A stretch of 63,554 nt of DNA, filler included, from Stramenopiles sp. TOSAG23-6 (GCA_900128565.1; 39 parts of 39 records of this genome joined end to end with filler, not necessarily neighbours in it); one strand, 5' to 3'. Counted from the whole stretch's first letter, positions 23,805 to 36,892 are shown. A program made the numbers and translations. The notes: generated by a model not told the origin, from the sequence alone.

Positions 23805-24455
23805 ATGGTAGATACATGTGTGAATAATCCACCTATAGTTGATGGTGGTGATCAAAGTATAGGGGTGTCACCTTGTTCGGACTCTGTTTCAAAAAAATCT
23901 CAGCCATCTTCATCAGAAGAATCTAGAGTCCAGGTCATTGTTCGAGTTCGTCCTTTATTACCCCTGGAGCTTGCTCATAACGCACGACATTGTCTAAAGG
24001 TATCAGAAGGCCGTCACGAAATAGTAATAGAAGGTGCAAGAAGTGGTACATATACATATGATGGTGTAGTATCAGCTTCGCGCTCACAGCAGTACATGTA
24101 CGAAACAGTAGCTCAGCCATTAGTTGCTGACGTACTCAAGGGCTACAATGCAACTATAATGGCATATGGGCAAACTGGTTCAGGTAAAACCTATTCTGTT
24201 GGTAGTACTGCTGGCAGCGTTGGTGGAATTACAGTGAGTGCTGGTATTATTCCCCGTTTTATGCAAGAACTCTTTAACTCTCTTTCAAAGGAAACTACGA
24301 GTAATACAGTGGCTTCCGCTACTTTTATTGAAATATACAACGAAGAACTTCGAGATCTGCTTAAAGATCGTACGGTATCCCAACCTTCAGACGTTTGGGG
24401 TAATCATTCTTCATCTCAATCAAAATCTTTGCGAATTGTTGAAAACTCAAATCAT
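23805..24455 (+). CDS. Kinesin (kinesin-4-like) motor N-terminus
   Basis: VIVRVRPLL, GYNATIMAYGQTGSGKTY, GIIPR, FIEIYNEELRDLL. Ends at a family donor (24456). Confidence 0.92.
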
Positions 24456-24617
24456 GTAACTTTTTTCATTTCAATTTCAATTTTTTTTTTTTTTTTTGAA
24501 AATCCAATTTTTTCGTANNNNNNNNNNNNNNNNNNNNNNNNNNNNNNNNNNNNNNNNNNNNTTAATTAATTAANNNNNNNNNNNNNNNNNNNNNNNNNNN
24601 NNNNNNNNNNNNNNNNN

Positions 24618-26002
24618 TCTTTATTATCTTCCCCTTTAGTCACAGCTCTAGAGGGAGCCATTGGTGTTGCTGTTGTTCGGTCATTTCTTAGACATAAATG
24701 TTCATACGAAGCTCTACAATTTCTCCGATGTTCTCCTCCTCAATTGAATACGTCTGCTGAAAAAGAAATGAAAATTGTAGCCACGTTGAGCTGTGATTTA
24801 TGGCAAGAAGCATTAGTCGAACAACGGCGTATTCTTTCTGCGACATCTTCTGCTCTATTATCTAAACCAGGTCGAGCTTCAACTGATACAAATACGAAAA
24901 TGGAATGTAATAGACTTCGCGAGCGTTTATTATATTTGTTATTTACTTGGTTTTGGGACAAAAGGGACATGGATAAACTTACGCAGTATATGATTCTATG
25001 GAGAGCGAAAATATGTCTGAAATGGAAAACTGTCAGAGTAGACAACCTCAAGCATTAAGTCTTCTTATAGGATTTCTTTTACTACAAAATCGTATAGGGG
25101 AAGCGTTGTGGCTCCATGAAGACCATATTAGACGACATCCAGAAATTAGTTCAGCACCTGAAGTTTCTGCTCGTCATGCATTACTTGAAGGGTATTGCAG
25201 AACATTACCTGAAGCACATTGTAAATCTATGAAACCAGAAGCTCTATCGCGAAGATTTTGTAGTCACCGTCTTACAAGTGACGCAAAGCGTCAAGATGAA
25301 AATGATTCTAAAGTAAATGATGAAAATAGTAATGAAGATGTAAATAAGTATCATTGTTTCAAACAAACTCCAGTCCAGAATCGTCATACTGTTGGAAGTG
25401 ATACTAACAATTCTTCACATACTCTTTCTGGTAAAAGTCATCTCACAATCGCAAAATCTAGATTAATAAATACAGGTTATTCACCAGGACAAGTATCTCT
25501 CGGGCAATCTCCCCTTGTCCACCGTAGTACAGTTACGAACAAATCGTGTACTATACCTTCAACACCTGGTATACAATCTTGTGATGTACGCGAAGGTTTT
25601 CGTCTAGATTCCCATACAATGCCATCACAACAACTTCGACATTTTGCAACACCGTTTAGTAACACACAAACAACAAAAAGTGCTACACAAATGTCTCAAT
25701 TACGCATGACTCCTTCTTCTTCTCGACTTCCACTTGATACAAATAATAAAATCAACAACACTACATATGAACATCGAGAAGGATTGAACTGGAAAAAAAA
25801 GAATTTGACTCGACAACCACCTGCGGGAGTAGGATTATCTTTTGGTCATTTAGGTGGAAAAAATAATTTTGATGATACAGATATGAATTTTGGGGGGAGA
25901 TCTATTGGTCGTGATAGTTCACTCACTGTAGATACACCTCTTCATAATATGGAGAGAGAAAAAGGAAAAAATAATAGATCTGTTCGTTTTGTAGAAAGTT
26001 AA
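24618..26002 (+). CDS. Probable ELYS-domain nucleoporin, partial, frame change near 24990
   Basis: EALQFLR..L..DLWQEAL..QR and LLIGFLLLQNRIGEAL resemble the ELYS domain, followed by a disordered tail. Confidence 0.45.
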
Positions 26003-26476
26003 TTTTATTATAAAATCTGGAGTCATTTCACAAAGTCTTTTATATGAGAAATAAATAAATTGACTGATTTGAATATCTCTGACTGGAGATTTAGATTGAT
26101 CTTCACGCCAGTCTCCAGCTAAATATCAATATTATAAATATTTTATCATCANNNNNNNNNNNNNNNNNNNNNNNNNNNNNNNNNNNNNNNNNNNNTTAAT
26201 TAATTAANNNNNNNNNNNNNNNNNNNNNNNNNNNNNNNNNNNNNNNNNNNNAAATGTCGACCATCAAACATTACTCTGACGAAATCAATATTATGATTTG
26301 TTCGTACGGCAATTTTTCGTCTCAGAGATAAAACAGATTCATGACCGTGAAGATCTAATTCAAATGGTTTTAACTTTTCAGATGAGTTGCCACGTGTAGA
26401 ATTAGGATACTGGTGTTTTGGAATTGGGCGAATGCGACGATGTAAACTGGGATAAATTAACTGGGGGGGAGTCTTA

Positions 26477-27785
26477 TCATGGGACGATGTATGCCTTGCA
26501 GATTGTTGATTTTTTACTGATGCCAGCAGAAGGTACTACCGAACAAGCTCTTTTTAAAAATCTTTGTTGAGCAGCGTTATTTGTCGTTTTCAATTTCTCG
26601 TAAATAGAAAGTAAAACATTTGTAGGACTATAATCAGGTTTCTTATCATTCCCCCCAACGTCCACATTAGAATCTGTCACTATATCTTTTGTAAGTAATT
26701 TTGCACCTGTGGGACAAGTTGAATGTTTACTGTTTAAAACTAAATACCACAAAGCATCCAGTCCAACTATTGAATCAAGCTGATCAACTTCAAGAATTTT
26801 TCCCAAATGGCTCAAAATATTTTTTGGTTCATTCGATAATCTAGATAGATTTGTCGTATTCTTAATTTGAGCTGGTTGACGAGACATTACAATCGCATTA
26901 CGTTCATGATTGATAGCGAGAAAATACACACAAAAACAACGCCAAACTGCAGCAGTATCACGTAAACTACTTTTTAGTATTGGCTTATTACTCAAAAGAT
27001 CAGAAAAAATCTTCTGGCGTGTGACAGAGGTAAATACTGTACACACATTATTTTCATTATCATCAGTATTACCAGAATTATCATCTATACAAACTGATGT
27101 CAACCAATCTAAATAAATTTTTCTTTCTTCTGAAGATGACAAAGTATCCCAAAGAATTTTTACACGAGCAAATGATAACTCCATACCACGAGAATTGCCG
27201 TACATAAATCGTAGTAATTCAAGTCGCTGTTTAATACTATTTGCATTGGTCAGTTTTCCACTCGCCCATAATTGAACATTTCCACTATGTCCATTGGAGA
27301 GTTTATTATCTGTCTTTCTTCGGTGAGATGAACGCTCCCAAGAACGGGATGATCGTGAGTTTCTTATTGGTGTTGCTGGAGGGGGGGGTCGCTTGTGGAA
27401 AGCACACAATTCTTCAAATAGAATATCAAGTAACGGAGTAGTATTGGCTAGTTTTGTGACTTCGTATTCAATTTCATCTTCATGAGTAAGCACTATGAAA
27501 CATAGTAAACCTACAGCACGGATAACTCATTGACTACATTATTTCCATTATTCGGAGCAACAGAATCTCCATGATGATTTGATCCATTCATTCGTGAAGA
27601 ATCACGAGATCGTTTTACTACTGCAATGCACTTTTCTGTGAAATAATTTCGAAACGATTTTCCTTCTTTTAGTCTCAAACCTTCATCAAATACACGAATT
27701 ACATCTGGATTCGAAGATTTTGCAAATGATTGTGAATTTTCCTGTAACTCCCACAATAATTGAAGAAGTGCAGCAACAGCAGCCG
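26477..27785 (-). CDS. USP9/24/34-like deubiquitinase N-terminal helical region, fragmentary
   Basis: IKQRLELLRF..LSFARVKILWDTL; IVGLDALWYLVL. Confidence 0.6.
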
Positions 27786-27885
27786 NNNNNNNNNNNNNNN
27801 NNNNNNNNNNNNNNNNNNNNNNNNNNNNNTTAATTAATTAANNNNNNNNNNNNNNNNNNNNNNNNNNNNNNNNNNNNNNNNNNNN

Positions 27886-28035
27886 CCTTGATAATTGCTT
27901 GTCTAAAATTGGATGTCTATAGGTTTTCACTGGACGTTGCTTTACTACTACTGGGACACCAAGCAACGTTGTTGTATGTATTATGGCTTCAGCACCTTGT
28001 GAAAGAAGTTGCCATGAAGATGGCACAGATGTCAT
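27886..28035 (-). CDS. TP53RK: Bud32/PRPK (KEOPS kinase) N-terminus
   Basis: QGAEA...VVKQRPVKTYRHPILD. Confidence 0.88.
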
Positions 28036-28297
28036 GCTATGCTAGATATATTTATATATTGCCTACTATCAATTGATTAATTACCAGATTAGTGTATTAT
28101 ACTTGGTCAAAGTGGAGGAAGTGGAGATGAGCATAAAATAAGAGAAGAAGTCGAAAAATGACACGTGTTCCGGGAGTCAGCTCAGCGAGAGTGCGAGACA
28201 AGTGTTTCATCAGCACGTAGTCGTATTATTTCAGTCTATATTATCATCACTCATAAAGCCCTGCGAGATTTGATTCATCGTCACTCGTGGCATAACG

Positions 28298-29418
28298 ATG
28301 GATGATCTTGATTTATTCGGCGCCTTTGATGATGATACCACTCCATCAATTTCTTCTGGTAAGCGTAGTTTATCTAATGGCAGTGAGCAACCAGCAAAAC
28401 GTGCAAAAGCTGTGGGTGCTTCGACTCCAGATGCCTCAGTAAAAGCTGCCCTCGCTTTGGCCATGTCACAACGAGAGTCTTCGTCTCGTGACTTAGGTAC
28501 ATCTAATGTCGCTGAAAGTTCTATAAACGCTGATTCAAAAGATAAAGATAGCAAATGCGGTTCCTATGAGGCTCAGGCATTAGCTCGTGAGTCAAACGAA
28601 GACGCTGAAAAAATCCTTGCAAAAGGTGGAGTTGTGAAAGGTGGCGCTGGTACGTCATCTAAAAATTGTATACACGAAGTTGAACTTCCGGAGAACTACC
28701 CTCAGACAAAGAGTGAAGTTCTTGCTGAGACACAAACCCCTCCTACTCCATTGATTCACAAATATGGCTTTGAACTAGATCCATTTCATAAGCATTCAGT
28801 TGCTTGTATTGAAAAAGGCCATTCTGTTCTTGTGGCAGCTCACACATCTGCTGGTAAAACGGCAGTCGCGGAGTATGCAATCAAACGTGCTCTTTTAAAT
28901 GGTGCCACTGTGATATATACATCACCAATTAAAGCTTTGTCTAATCAAAAGTATCGTGATTTGTACGAAACATTTGATAAAGATGTCGGTCTAATGACTG
29001 GTGACGTCACTATCAACCCTGGGGCCTCATGCCTAGTTATGACGACAGAAATTTTACGTTCTATCCTGTGCAGATGTTCCGAAATTATGCGCGAGGTTGC
29101 ATGGGTAATTTATGATGAGGTACATTATATGCGCGACAAAGAACGTGGTGTTGTATGGGAAGAAAGTATGATCATGTTACCACACAAAGTACGTTTTGTA
29201 TTTCTTTCTGCGACCATTCCTAATTCACCTCAATTTGCCTCATGGATAGCTAAAGTGCATGATCAACCATGTCATGTTGTATACACTGAATATCGTCCAA
29301 CACCACTTGTACATTACATGTTTCCATCTGGTGGCGATGGTTTGCATTTAGTTGTAGATGAAAATGGTAAATTTCGTGAAAAGAATTTTCACAAAGCAGT
29401 GCGAAAAATAGAACGCTG
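28298..29418 (+). CDS. MTR4: MTR4 DExH RNA helicase, 3' truncated
   Basis: [59 protein letters not shown]. Confidence 0.95.
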
Positions 29419-29518
29419 NNNNNNNNNNNNNNNNNNNNNNNNNNNNNNNNNNNNNNNNNNNNTTAATTAATTAANNNNNNNNNNNNNNNNNNNNNNNNNN
29501 NNNNNNNNNNNNNNNNNN

Positions 29519-30213
29519 ACTTTTAATGGTTATGGAAACAAAAACATCAGATAGAAATTACTCAATCACTTGGGGTACAAGTCCAGCAGTGAATGAACTT
29601 TTTTCTTCATCAACTCGTGCTTGTGTGTTGGAAACGAGTGAAGTAGATACAAATCAAGACGGGATACCTGATTCCATTAATATCAGTCTAGAGGTTCCAT
29701 TAAGAAAGGATGAAGAAGTTTATCGAGCCTCCGTCGTAGCTGCTGTTCAATACTCGCTGAAAGACAGAACTGAATTTTCGATGGAATCTCTGGCATTTCT
29801 AGACCAATCGAGTCCAATCTCTGGCCGTTCTTTGGTATCTGACGGTGATATTGTTCTAAAGCAACGCATTCCTATGACGTTGAAAGGACTTGAAGAAATA
29901 TAACGAACGTGATTTCAGAACTCAGTATGAAATAAATTCTTCATTATGGCTCTCTGCAGGACCAAAGACGGTTGTAGGTGGTACACGGAATTTCAAAATC
30001 GATATGACACTTCGTTTGCCTCAACAAGCTGTGGATTATTACACAAATTGGAGTGAATGTATGAAATTTGCGTTTGTTCAGTATGTTCCATTATTTCTAC
30101 TTTGTCAATATTTAATCAGACGAATTAGAAAATACTTGTATGAAAATCAAGTATTTGAAACCCAATTTGTTGTGGATACTCAATTTGGTCGTCAAAAAGA
30201 GCATCATTTTTAA
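29519..30213 (+). CDS. TMEM231: Ciliary transition-zone protein TMEM231, partial, frame break near 29900
   Basis: EVDTNQDGIPD, MESLAFLD, DGDIVLKQ, KFAFVQY, LYENQV. Confidence 0.8.
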
Positions 30214-30845
30214 TTAAAGTGGTGCCAAAATTAAAAGTGAAACAGTAACTTAGATGTTTGTTTTAGAATATTTCGTGTCCTTGATAGGATGAAACATTAA
30301 TTTGATAGATTTAATGATTTTAATCCAAATAAAACAATATTTCATAGAACTAATAATAGTACTTTTTTTTGTAAAATTTGTTAGGTAGAAAATTCCGTAC
30401 GAAAAAAAATCAAAATTAAAAAAAAATAACACATACACAAAGATATATATAATATAATTAGAAGCAAACTTTTTAAAGATTTAATGAAAATGTTTCAAGA
30501 GTCTCTAGACGAGACCAGTCAATTCCTAAATACACATGATGTGCTGTACTATCGATATATATACGTTTATATTTGTTATGCTTATTTCACCTCATTATAT
30601 CTCGTTGTTTTGCTTATTTCACCTCATTATATATCTCTTTACAACAGAGGAAGGGGTACAAAAGCCGATTTCCACTTTACATAATTTGGTGATTTNNNNN
30701 NNNNNNNNNNNNNNNNNNNNNNNNNNNNNNNNNNNNNNNNNNNNNNNNNNNNNNNNNNNNNNNNNNNNNNNNNNNNNNNNNNNNAATATCGTTAGATATA
30801 ACTTTAAAAAAAAAATCGAAATTGAAGAGATCAAAAAAAACCTAC

Positions 30846-31051
30846 AAGCAGATTCAAAACGTGCAATTTCAATCGGAGACCAGTGATCTGTTATGGCAAC
30901 TTTGTGTAATGGATTTGATAATAAGCCTGCCATTGTCGGTCGAAGCCATTCCGTATCCTTCACAATTTCACGTACCAAATTTATTCGGTCATGTAATTCT
31001 TCTTTTTCACTAGGTCCCAAATTTTCTTGTACGGTTTCTTTTGTCAGATCA
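30846..31051 (-). CDS. SANT-domain protein exon (MIER/ELM2-SANT-like)
   Basis: DHWSPIEIARFESA followed by a family-type intron. Confidence 0.6.
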
Positions 31052-31151
31052 NNNNNNNNNNNNNNNNNNNNNNNNNNNNNNNNNNNNNNNNNNNNTTAAT
31101 TAATTAANNNNNNNNNNNNNNNNNNNNNNNNNNNNNNNNNNNNNNNNNNNN

Positions 31152-31741
31152 AAAAGATAGAAAATAAAGGTGCACAGAATTTATTTGAACTTGGTTATGC
31201 AAAATACAAAGGTAATGACTTTCAGACTATGGATACAGAAAATGGAAAACTAATGATTGGATCTGCAGCTATTGCTGGTTTTCCAATGGCTATTGCATTA
31301 TGTACATATTGGGGTTGGAATGGTTATAAAATGGATAGGGAAAAAGCATTTAAAATGTTTATGGATAATAGTGATTATAGTTATGCTCAATGTCATGTTG
31401 GTTATTGTTATTATACTGGTGATCATGTTGCTGAAGATGATGAAGAAGCTTTCAAGTGGTTTACTAAATCGGCAAATGCTGGTAATAGTCGAGGACAAAA
31501 TAGTCTTGGTGATTGTTATTCTAATGGTTGGGGTGTTGCTGAAGACAAAATAGAAGCTTTCAAGTGGTATACTAAAGCTGCTAATGCTGGTAATAGTTTT
31601 GCACAATGTGAACTTGGTGAATGTTATTTTTATGGTAATGGTGTTGCTGAAGACAAAAAAGAAGCTAAAAAGTGGTATACCAAAGCTGCTAATGCTGGTA
31701 ATTTTCAAGCACGAGATATGCTTAAGTATAATGACTTTTAA
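31152..31741 (+). CDS. SEL1-like repeat protein C-terminus
   Basis: Three 36-aa repeats AQxxLGxCYxxGxGVAEDxxEAxKWYTKAANAGN. Confidence 0.92.
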
Positions 31742-32172
31742 ATGTATTTGTTGTATCTATTTTTAGGTTAATATATTTTCTGAAAAAACAAAAAAAAAAA
31801 TGTAAATGAAATTTTTCAATTTTCAGTGAATGAAAATTTTCCAACACAAAAAAATAGAAATAATGTTATTGAAATTGATATAAAACGTAAACAAAAAACT
31901 GAAAGTCAGCAAAATTCGTTTGGTACAAAAAGATTAAAATTGTAAAAATAAATTATTAAAAAAATTTCAAATTTGTGATTTTTTTCAATTTCAAAATTTT
32001 TTTTCTCTCATTTCAATAAAAAATTTCTCTCAAAATTATTAAAATGTTTCGTTACCAGGTACCCTTTTAACAACAATTATTTTAACGCTATTTTAACCGT
32101 TAAATTCAAGTTTCGACGAATAAAATAAAATATTGTTGTTTCTCTTGCTTATAAAAAAATAATCTAGAGATA

Positions 32173-32683
32173 ATGCAACAAGAAATACCCGACGATTTAC
32201 TATGCCCTATTACACGAGACTTATTCAAGGATCCTGTGTTTGCTGCGGATGGTCACACGTATGAACGATCTGCAATTTTGCGCCACTTTCAAACAAAAAG
32301 TACGTCACCTTATACAAATGAAGTGTTGCCGCATTTAAATCTTGTGCCAAACTGTCTTTGTAAATCTCAATGTATGGAATGGAAACAACAACAAGATAAA
32401 AAAAGCATTGATGTTGATTCATTATTATGGAAATGCTTCCAAGCAAAAAATTCTCCAGATATTATCGAGGCTATTACACAAATCATTGAGTTGGTCACAG
32501 AGTCTGATTCATGTACTCTTCAAATGTCAAGTCTTGATAAGTTAAAATCAGTTTTTATAGGGGGAAATAATTATACAAAAGAAGTCGAATCCGCATTGGA
32601 TACGCTACAAATGATGTGTAAAGCAAAAAATGATAAAGGATTTCAAAAGCTTATTAAAATAAGAGAAATGAGAAAAGTCAATG
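32173..32683 (+). CDS. U-box protein N-terminus
   Basis: IPDDLLCPITRDLFKDPVFAADGHTYERSAI...SPYTN..L.PN. Confidence 0.92.
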
Positions 32684-32860
32684 NNNNNNNNNNNNNNNNN
32701 NNNNNNNNNNNNNNNNNNNNNNNNNNNTTAATTAATTAANNNNNNNNNNNNNNNNNNNNNNNNNNNNNNNNNNNNNNNNNNNNAAAAAATTTGTTAGGTA
32801 CAAAATTTCGTATGAAAAATAAATTCGATTTTTTTGTTTAAAAAAAAAAATAAAACATAC

Positions 32861-34260
32861 ATTATACGGTTTCTGAGGCAAGTAAAATACACCTGATGAA
32901 AGTCCATGACTATTATTGTTGTTAAATGCACCATCGCCAATATTTGTAATTGGTTTTGTAATCGAACCTCCAAGTGGAATTGGCCAGAGTGAACCTAAAC
33001 ATCTAAATATTGAAGATTTTCCTGAACCATTACATCCTGTCAAAAGCATGTTTGTGCCATGCTCAATAGAAAAGGTAAGATCTTTTACAAGTAATACTCC
33101 AGTTGGTGTAAAAACTTGAACATTATCAAATGCAATACGGTTTTGATTACTTTTTATTAGGTTAGGGTTAGGGTTAGGGTTAGGGTTGTGTGTCTGAATA
33201 TTTTTTCCATTGGATTCATTTTGGAACAATAATTTTGAATTTGATGACATTTGAGGATTAGGGTTAGGGTTCGCATTTTCATGAGCTGCTCGACACTTCA
33301 AATTTTGTAATGTATCAAATAAATCAGTGAGTCGTTGAGCTGGGCCTTTCATTGCATGTATTGTGAAAATATATATTTTTTTTTGATTAAGAAAAACAAT
33401 TTATTGGGTACAAAATTTTCATATTTTCATAGTAAAAAAAAATAAAATTCATATTATACACAAAAAATATTTTTTTTTTTTTTTTTTTTTTGGTTGTTGG
33501 TTAGGTATGAAATTTCGTATGAAAAAAAAAATTAAATATATTTTATACACGTACATGAAGTTGACGCAAAACTTTGACAATAATTCCCTGAGCTGACATG
33601 GCTCTAATAAAGTATTCTGTAATAAAACGAACTCGTGAGAAAAGTTCTCCAGTGTCTGACACAGTGTTGCCATTTCTATGTAATACCTCCAAATATTGGC
33701 GTTTTGCAACTGTCGATGTTGGTGAAATAAACCGACCGATAATATATTGTGAAAAATATTTTTGTTTTGTAAAATTTGTTAGGTATGGAATTTTTATAAA
33801 AAAAAAAATAAATTCGAAATTGAAAAAAATAAAAGATACATCACAGCTTGAGCAAAACTATAGCTACCGTATTCAAATAAAGCAGAGGTAATACATTGAT
33901 ACATGTATTATGAAAAAAATATTTCAAAAAACTTCGTTAGGTACAAAATTTCGTATGAAAAAAAATAAAAAATAAAAAAAAATAAAACATACCTTGTTAT
34001 TTTTTCTACAAAGTCATTACAATATTTTAGAAATATTTGCCATAAATTATCTAGAATATATTTTGGAAAAATATTTCAAAAAAAAAAATTTTGAAAATTT
34101 GTTAGGTACAAAATTTCGTACGAAAAAAAAATTCATACAAAAAAAAATTTAAAAAAAAAAAAAAAAAAACATACATGCATAATCCAATTATTATGACAAT
34201 GTGAGACTGACCGTAGAATATGAAGCATATATGTTTTTGTATCACTTGGTGAAAGTGGTG
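32861..34260 (-). CDS. ABCD (peroxisomal-type) ABC transporter, internal exons
   Basis: IAFDNVQVFTPTG..LLTGCNGSGKSSIFRCLGSLWP..FYLPQKPY. Six family introns or intron ends in 1.5 kb. Confidence 0.88.
33356..33554 (-). mobile_element. Family intron, GT...AT
   Basis: ctt cat|GTACGTG...CACAATACAT|gca atg gives VLRQLH-AMKGPAQRL. Confidence 0.8.
33742..33839 (-). mobile_element. Family intron, GT...AT
   Basis: gtg at|GTATCTTTT...CACAATATAT|t atc. Confidence 0.8.
33903..33992 (-). mobile_element. Family intron, GT...AT
   Basis: aca ag|GTATGTTTT...CATAATACAT|g tat. Confidence 0.8.
34056..34174 (-). mobile_element. Family intron, GT...AT
   Basis: tgc at|GTATGTTTT...CCAAAATATAT|t cta. Confidence 0.75.
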
Positions 34261-34841
34261 ATGTATTTTGAAAAAATATTTCAAAAAAAATTCTAAAAAA
34301 TTTGTTAGGTACAAANNNNNNNNNNNNNNNNNNNNNNNNNNNNNNNNNNNNNNNNNNNNTTAATTAATTAANNNNNNNNNNNNNNNNNNNNNNNNNNNNN
34401 NNNNNNNNNNNNNNNGTAAAGTATATTTATTTATATATATGAAAGAAAAAATTGGGAAAAAGAAAAAAAAGTAGGAGAGTAATTCTCTTAGGATTGAGTT
34501 TATTTAATCTTAATAATAAACAATGAGGTCCGCCAGAATTGTATTGTTGTATATATATATTTATTTATAGTTATTGTTGAGAAGTTATGTTTCATTATAT
34601 TTATGTATAGTTATTGTTGAGAAGTTATGTTTCATTAGAATATTGTAGTTTCTATTGTTGTTCTTTATAATAAAAATGGGCATATTACAGTATGTGATGA
34701 ATGCCCTTCAGCCGGACTCCTGCGGAGAGCTTGTAAATAAAAATGTGACCCTGACCCTCCCAATGGTAAAGTAAAACTAATGAAAATTCAATAAAACGTT
34801 TATTTTTTTGATTTTTTTGATTTTAATCCGAGGAAAATATT

Positions 34842-35117
34842 TCAAAAAAAGTGTTAGGTACAAAATTATCTACGGAAAAAAAAACAGGATAACCCGAGGA
34901 ATAAAAGTCTCGCGAGAATGCATTATGGTCATCGAAAGTATACTTTGAGGCTATTTAAATGCTCAGTGATGACTTGGTCTAAGTGTATGAAGTTCATGAC
35001 AAAAAAAAAGAAGTCATTCTATGTATACTTGAGGTGGCTATTTCGGCTATTTCAAAAAAAAAAATTCCTATTTTTTTGTTTTTCGTACGTAATTTTGTAC
35101 CTAAGAGATTTTTTTAA
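34842..35117. repeat. Inverted pair of the intron-family core motif (about 50-bp arms) in non-coding DNA
   Basis: Left arm 34842-34889 AAAAAAAGTGTTAGGTACAAAATTATCTACGGAAAA..CAGGA. Reverse complement of right arm 35066-35117 AAAAAAATCTCTTAGGTACAAAATTACGTACGAAAA..TAGGA. Confidence 0.7.
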
Positions 35118-35594
35118 AAGGTTGAGCAAATTGAGCCATCGGGACACAAAACTGCTCAAAAACAGCTCGAATATCAGTCTGTAGGAACCCCACGTGTCAC
35201 GTCATGTGTGCACTGACTCGCGAGACAATTTTAAAAAACCTTCGATTTTTTCGGTTAATAGATACGTATATACCGTATACTCGCACTTCCTCCGAGTAAT
35301 CCGACTTACTAGCTAGAGTACGTATTCTTCAGTAAGATCTCAATCACCAACTCCTCGAAGATCTTTATATTTTCGATATAATACGTTTTCAATTTTTTTA
35401 CAAATTCTTAAAAAAAAAATTCATTTTTCAAGAAATTAGTTTTATTATTAGATTATAGAGTCATAAAAAATGATAGGACGTATATCCCATTTATATATCG
35501 TATTAAAACTCCAAAGTAACTATTATTTCTAGTTTCCACATAATACAAATAAAAACAAAAACATTGTTTTTTTATCACTTCCCTTCTACAATGT

Positions 35595-35947
35595 CTACTC
35601 CATATTTTTTAGAAACTCTTCAAGAACATGAATCATTTCTTGTTTTTTTCGAGGTGCTTTCATTTGAAGATCTTTGAATATTTTACGAATTTCATTCATT
35701 TTCAAAGTATGTATTGTTCCGACAAGACTTTTGTATGGATTTTTAACTTTTTGTGTGGGTATTTCAGTGTTAGTTGCCATGTTTGATTCAAGTTGAATTT
35801 TTACAAGGCGTTCAACTAAGTCACTTTTTTTCCCACTTGAATCTGCATCAACTTCTTCGAGTTTAGATCTCAAGCTAGATACTTTTTCTTTTAAAAGTAA
35901 TGCACGAATTTCAAGTACTACTGTACTATCAGGTAGNTCCACTGATT
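35595..35947 (-). CDS. SAP-domain protein C-terminus
   Basis: KVSSLRSKLEEVDADSSGKKSDLVERL plus a second SAP-like motif. Confidence 0.65.
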
Positions 35948-36049
35948 NNNNNNNNNNNNNNNNNNNNNNNNNNNNNNNNNNNNNNNNNNNNTTAATTAAT
36001 TAANNNNNNNNNNNNNNNNNNNNNNNNNNNNNNNNNNNNNNNNNNNNAT

Positions 36050-36832
36050 TTAGCAGAAAAACTTGTAGCATTAGCTGAAAAGTTTTCATCTGCCGCGGTT
36101 GCTGCTGTATTATGCAAGAAATATCCAGAGTTATGGGAAAGTATATCAGCTCAATGTTTCCGTCATTGTTGCTTATGTGTACCTGTATTTGATTCTAGCA
36201 TTCCAGGCTTCAAAAATGCTGGCGCTCAGCTTAATAAAGCATATGATGCCGATCCAGTTGGTGAGCGCTCATCGAAAGAAGCGATCATGACATTTTATGC
36301 ATTTTTGTTGTTTCACAATACATGTCATAGGATGGGAGAGACAGTACCTAAACTTGCTCCTAGTGTTTTAGATACAATTTTGCTTATTATTGGTTCTTCT
36401 TTAGGAAAAAAGTCCCCGAGGGAATTTGGTAAATTAATGAACATTGCAAAACAGATTTTTGATTCTGGTATTTTTAAGAATGCTGACCCTGGTGTAGTTC
36501 GTCGATTAGAAACAACTATAGATGGTGCGTTACCAAGTAAACATGGTGGAGTGTGGACATTCAAAATACATGCTGATCGTGAGGCGATCAAGGAAAGTTA
36601 TTGTGAAAATGAAGCAGAAAAGGAAAGTAATCGAGGCCAAAATAATAATAGCCCAAGTCCTCGACGTGGACGTGGTAATGCTTTTGGTGGTAGTAGTGGA
36701 CAAAACAGTAATCCATTTGGTGGTAGTAGTGGACAAAACAGTAACCCATTTGGTGGTAGTAGTAATGCTTTTGGTGGTAGTAGTTTTCAAAACGATAGTA
36801 GAGGTTCTACCAATTTTGGCTCTTTTAAATAA
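36050..36832 (+). CDS. GLE1: Probable GLE1 mRNA export factor C-terminus with NPFGG repeats
   Basis: One open frame from LAEKLV..CCLCVP through LDTILLIIGSSLGKKSPREFGKLM and VVRRLE, matching the GLE1 domain pattern. Confidence 0.6.
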   Translation, partial: LAEKLVALAEKFSSAAVAAVLCKKYPELWESISAQCFRHCCLCVPVFDSSIPGFKNAGAQLNKAYDADPVGERSSKEAIMTFYAFLLFHNTCHRMGETVPKLAPSVLDTILLIIGSSLGKKSPREFGKLMNIAKQIFDSGIFKNADPGVVRRLETTIDGALPSKHGGVWTFKIHADREAIKESYCENEAEKESNRGQNNNSPSPRRGRGNAFGGSSGQNSNPFGGSSGQNSNPFGGSSNAFGGSSFQNDSRGSTNFGSFK

Positions 36833-36892
36833 ATCCAACATAATCATTTTCTTTCGATCATCACTGTTATCAAAATGAATGTTTAGTAAGTT

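Noticed and set aside
29885-29910. Programmed frameshift in TMEM231 (similar breaks in the kinesin near 15345, ELYS-like near 24990, USP near 27500, and 14-3-3 exon 2 near 8546)
   Set aside because: In the well-conserved cases expected sequence is missing at the break, so deletions from amplification or assembly collapse explain it better than recoding.
34694-34754. Possible C/D-box snoRNA (GTGATGA...CTGA)
   Set aside because: No terminal stem or rRNA guide could be verified by eye, and such short boxes arise by chance.
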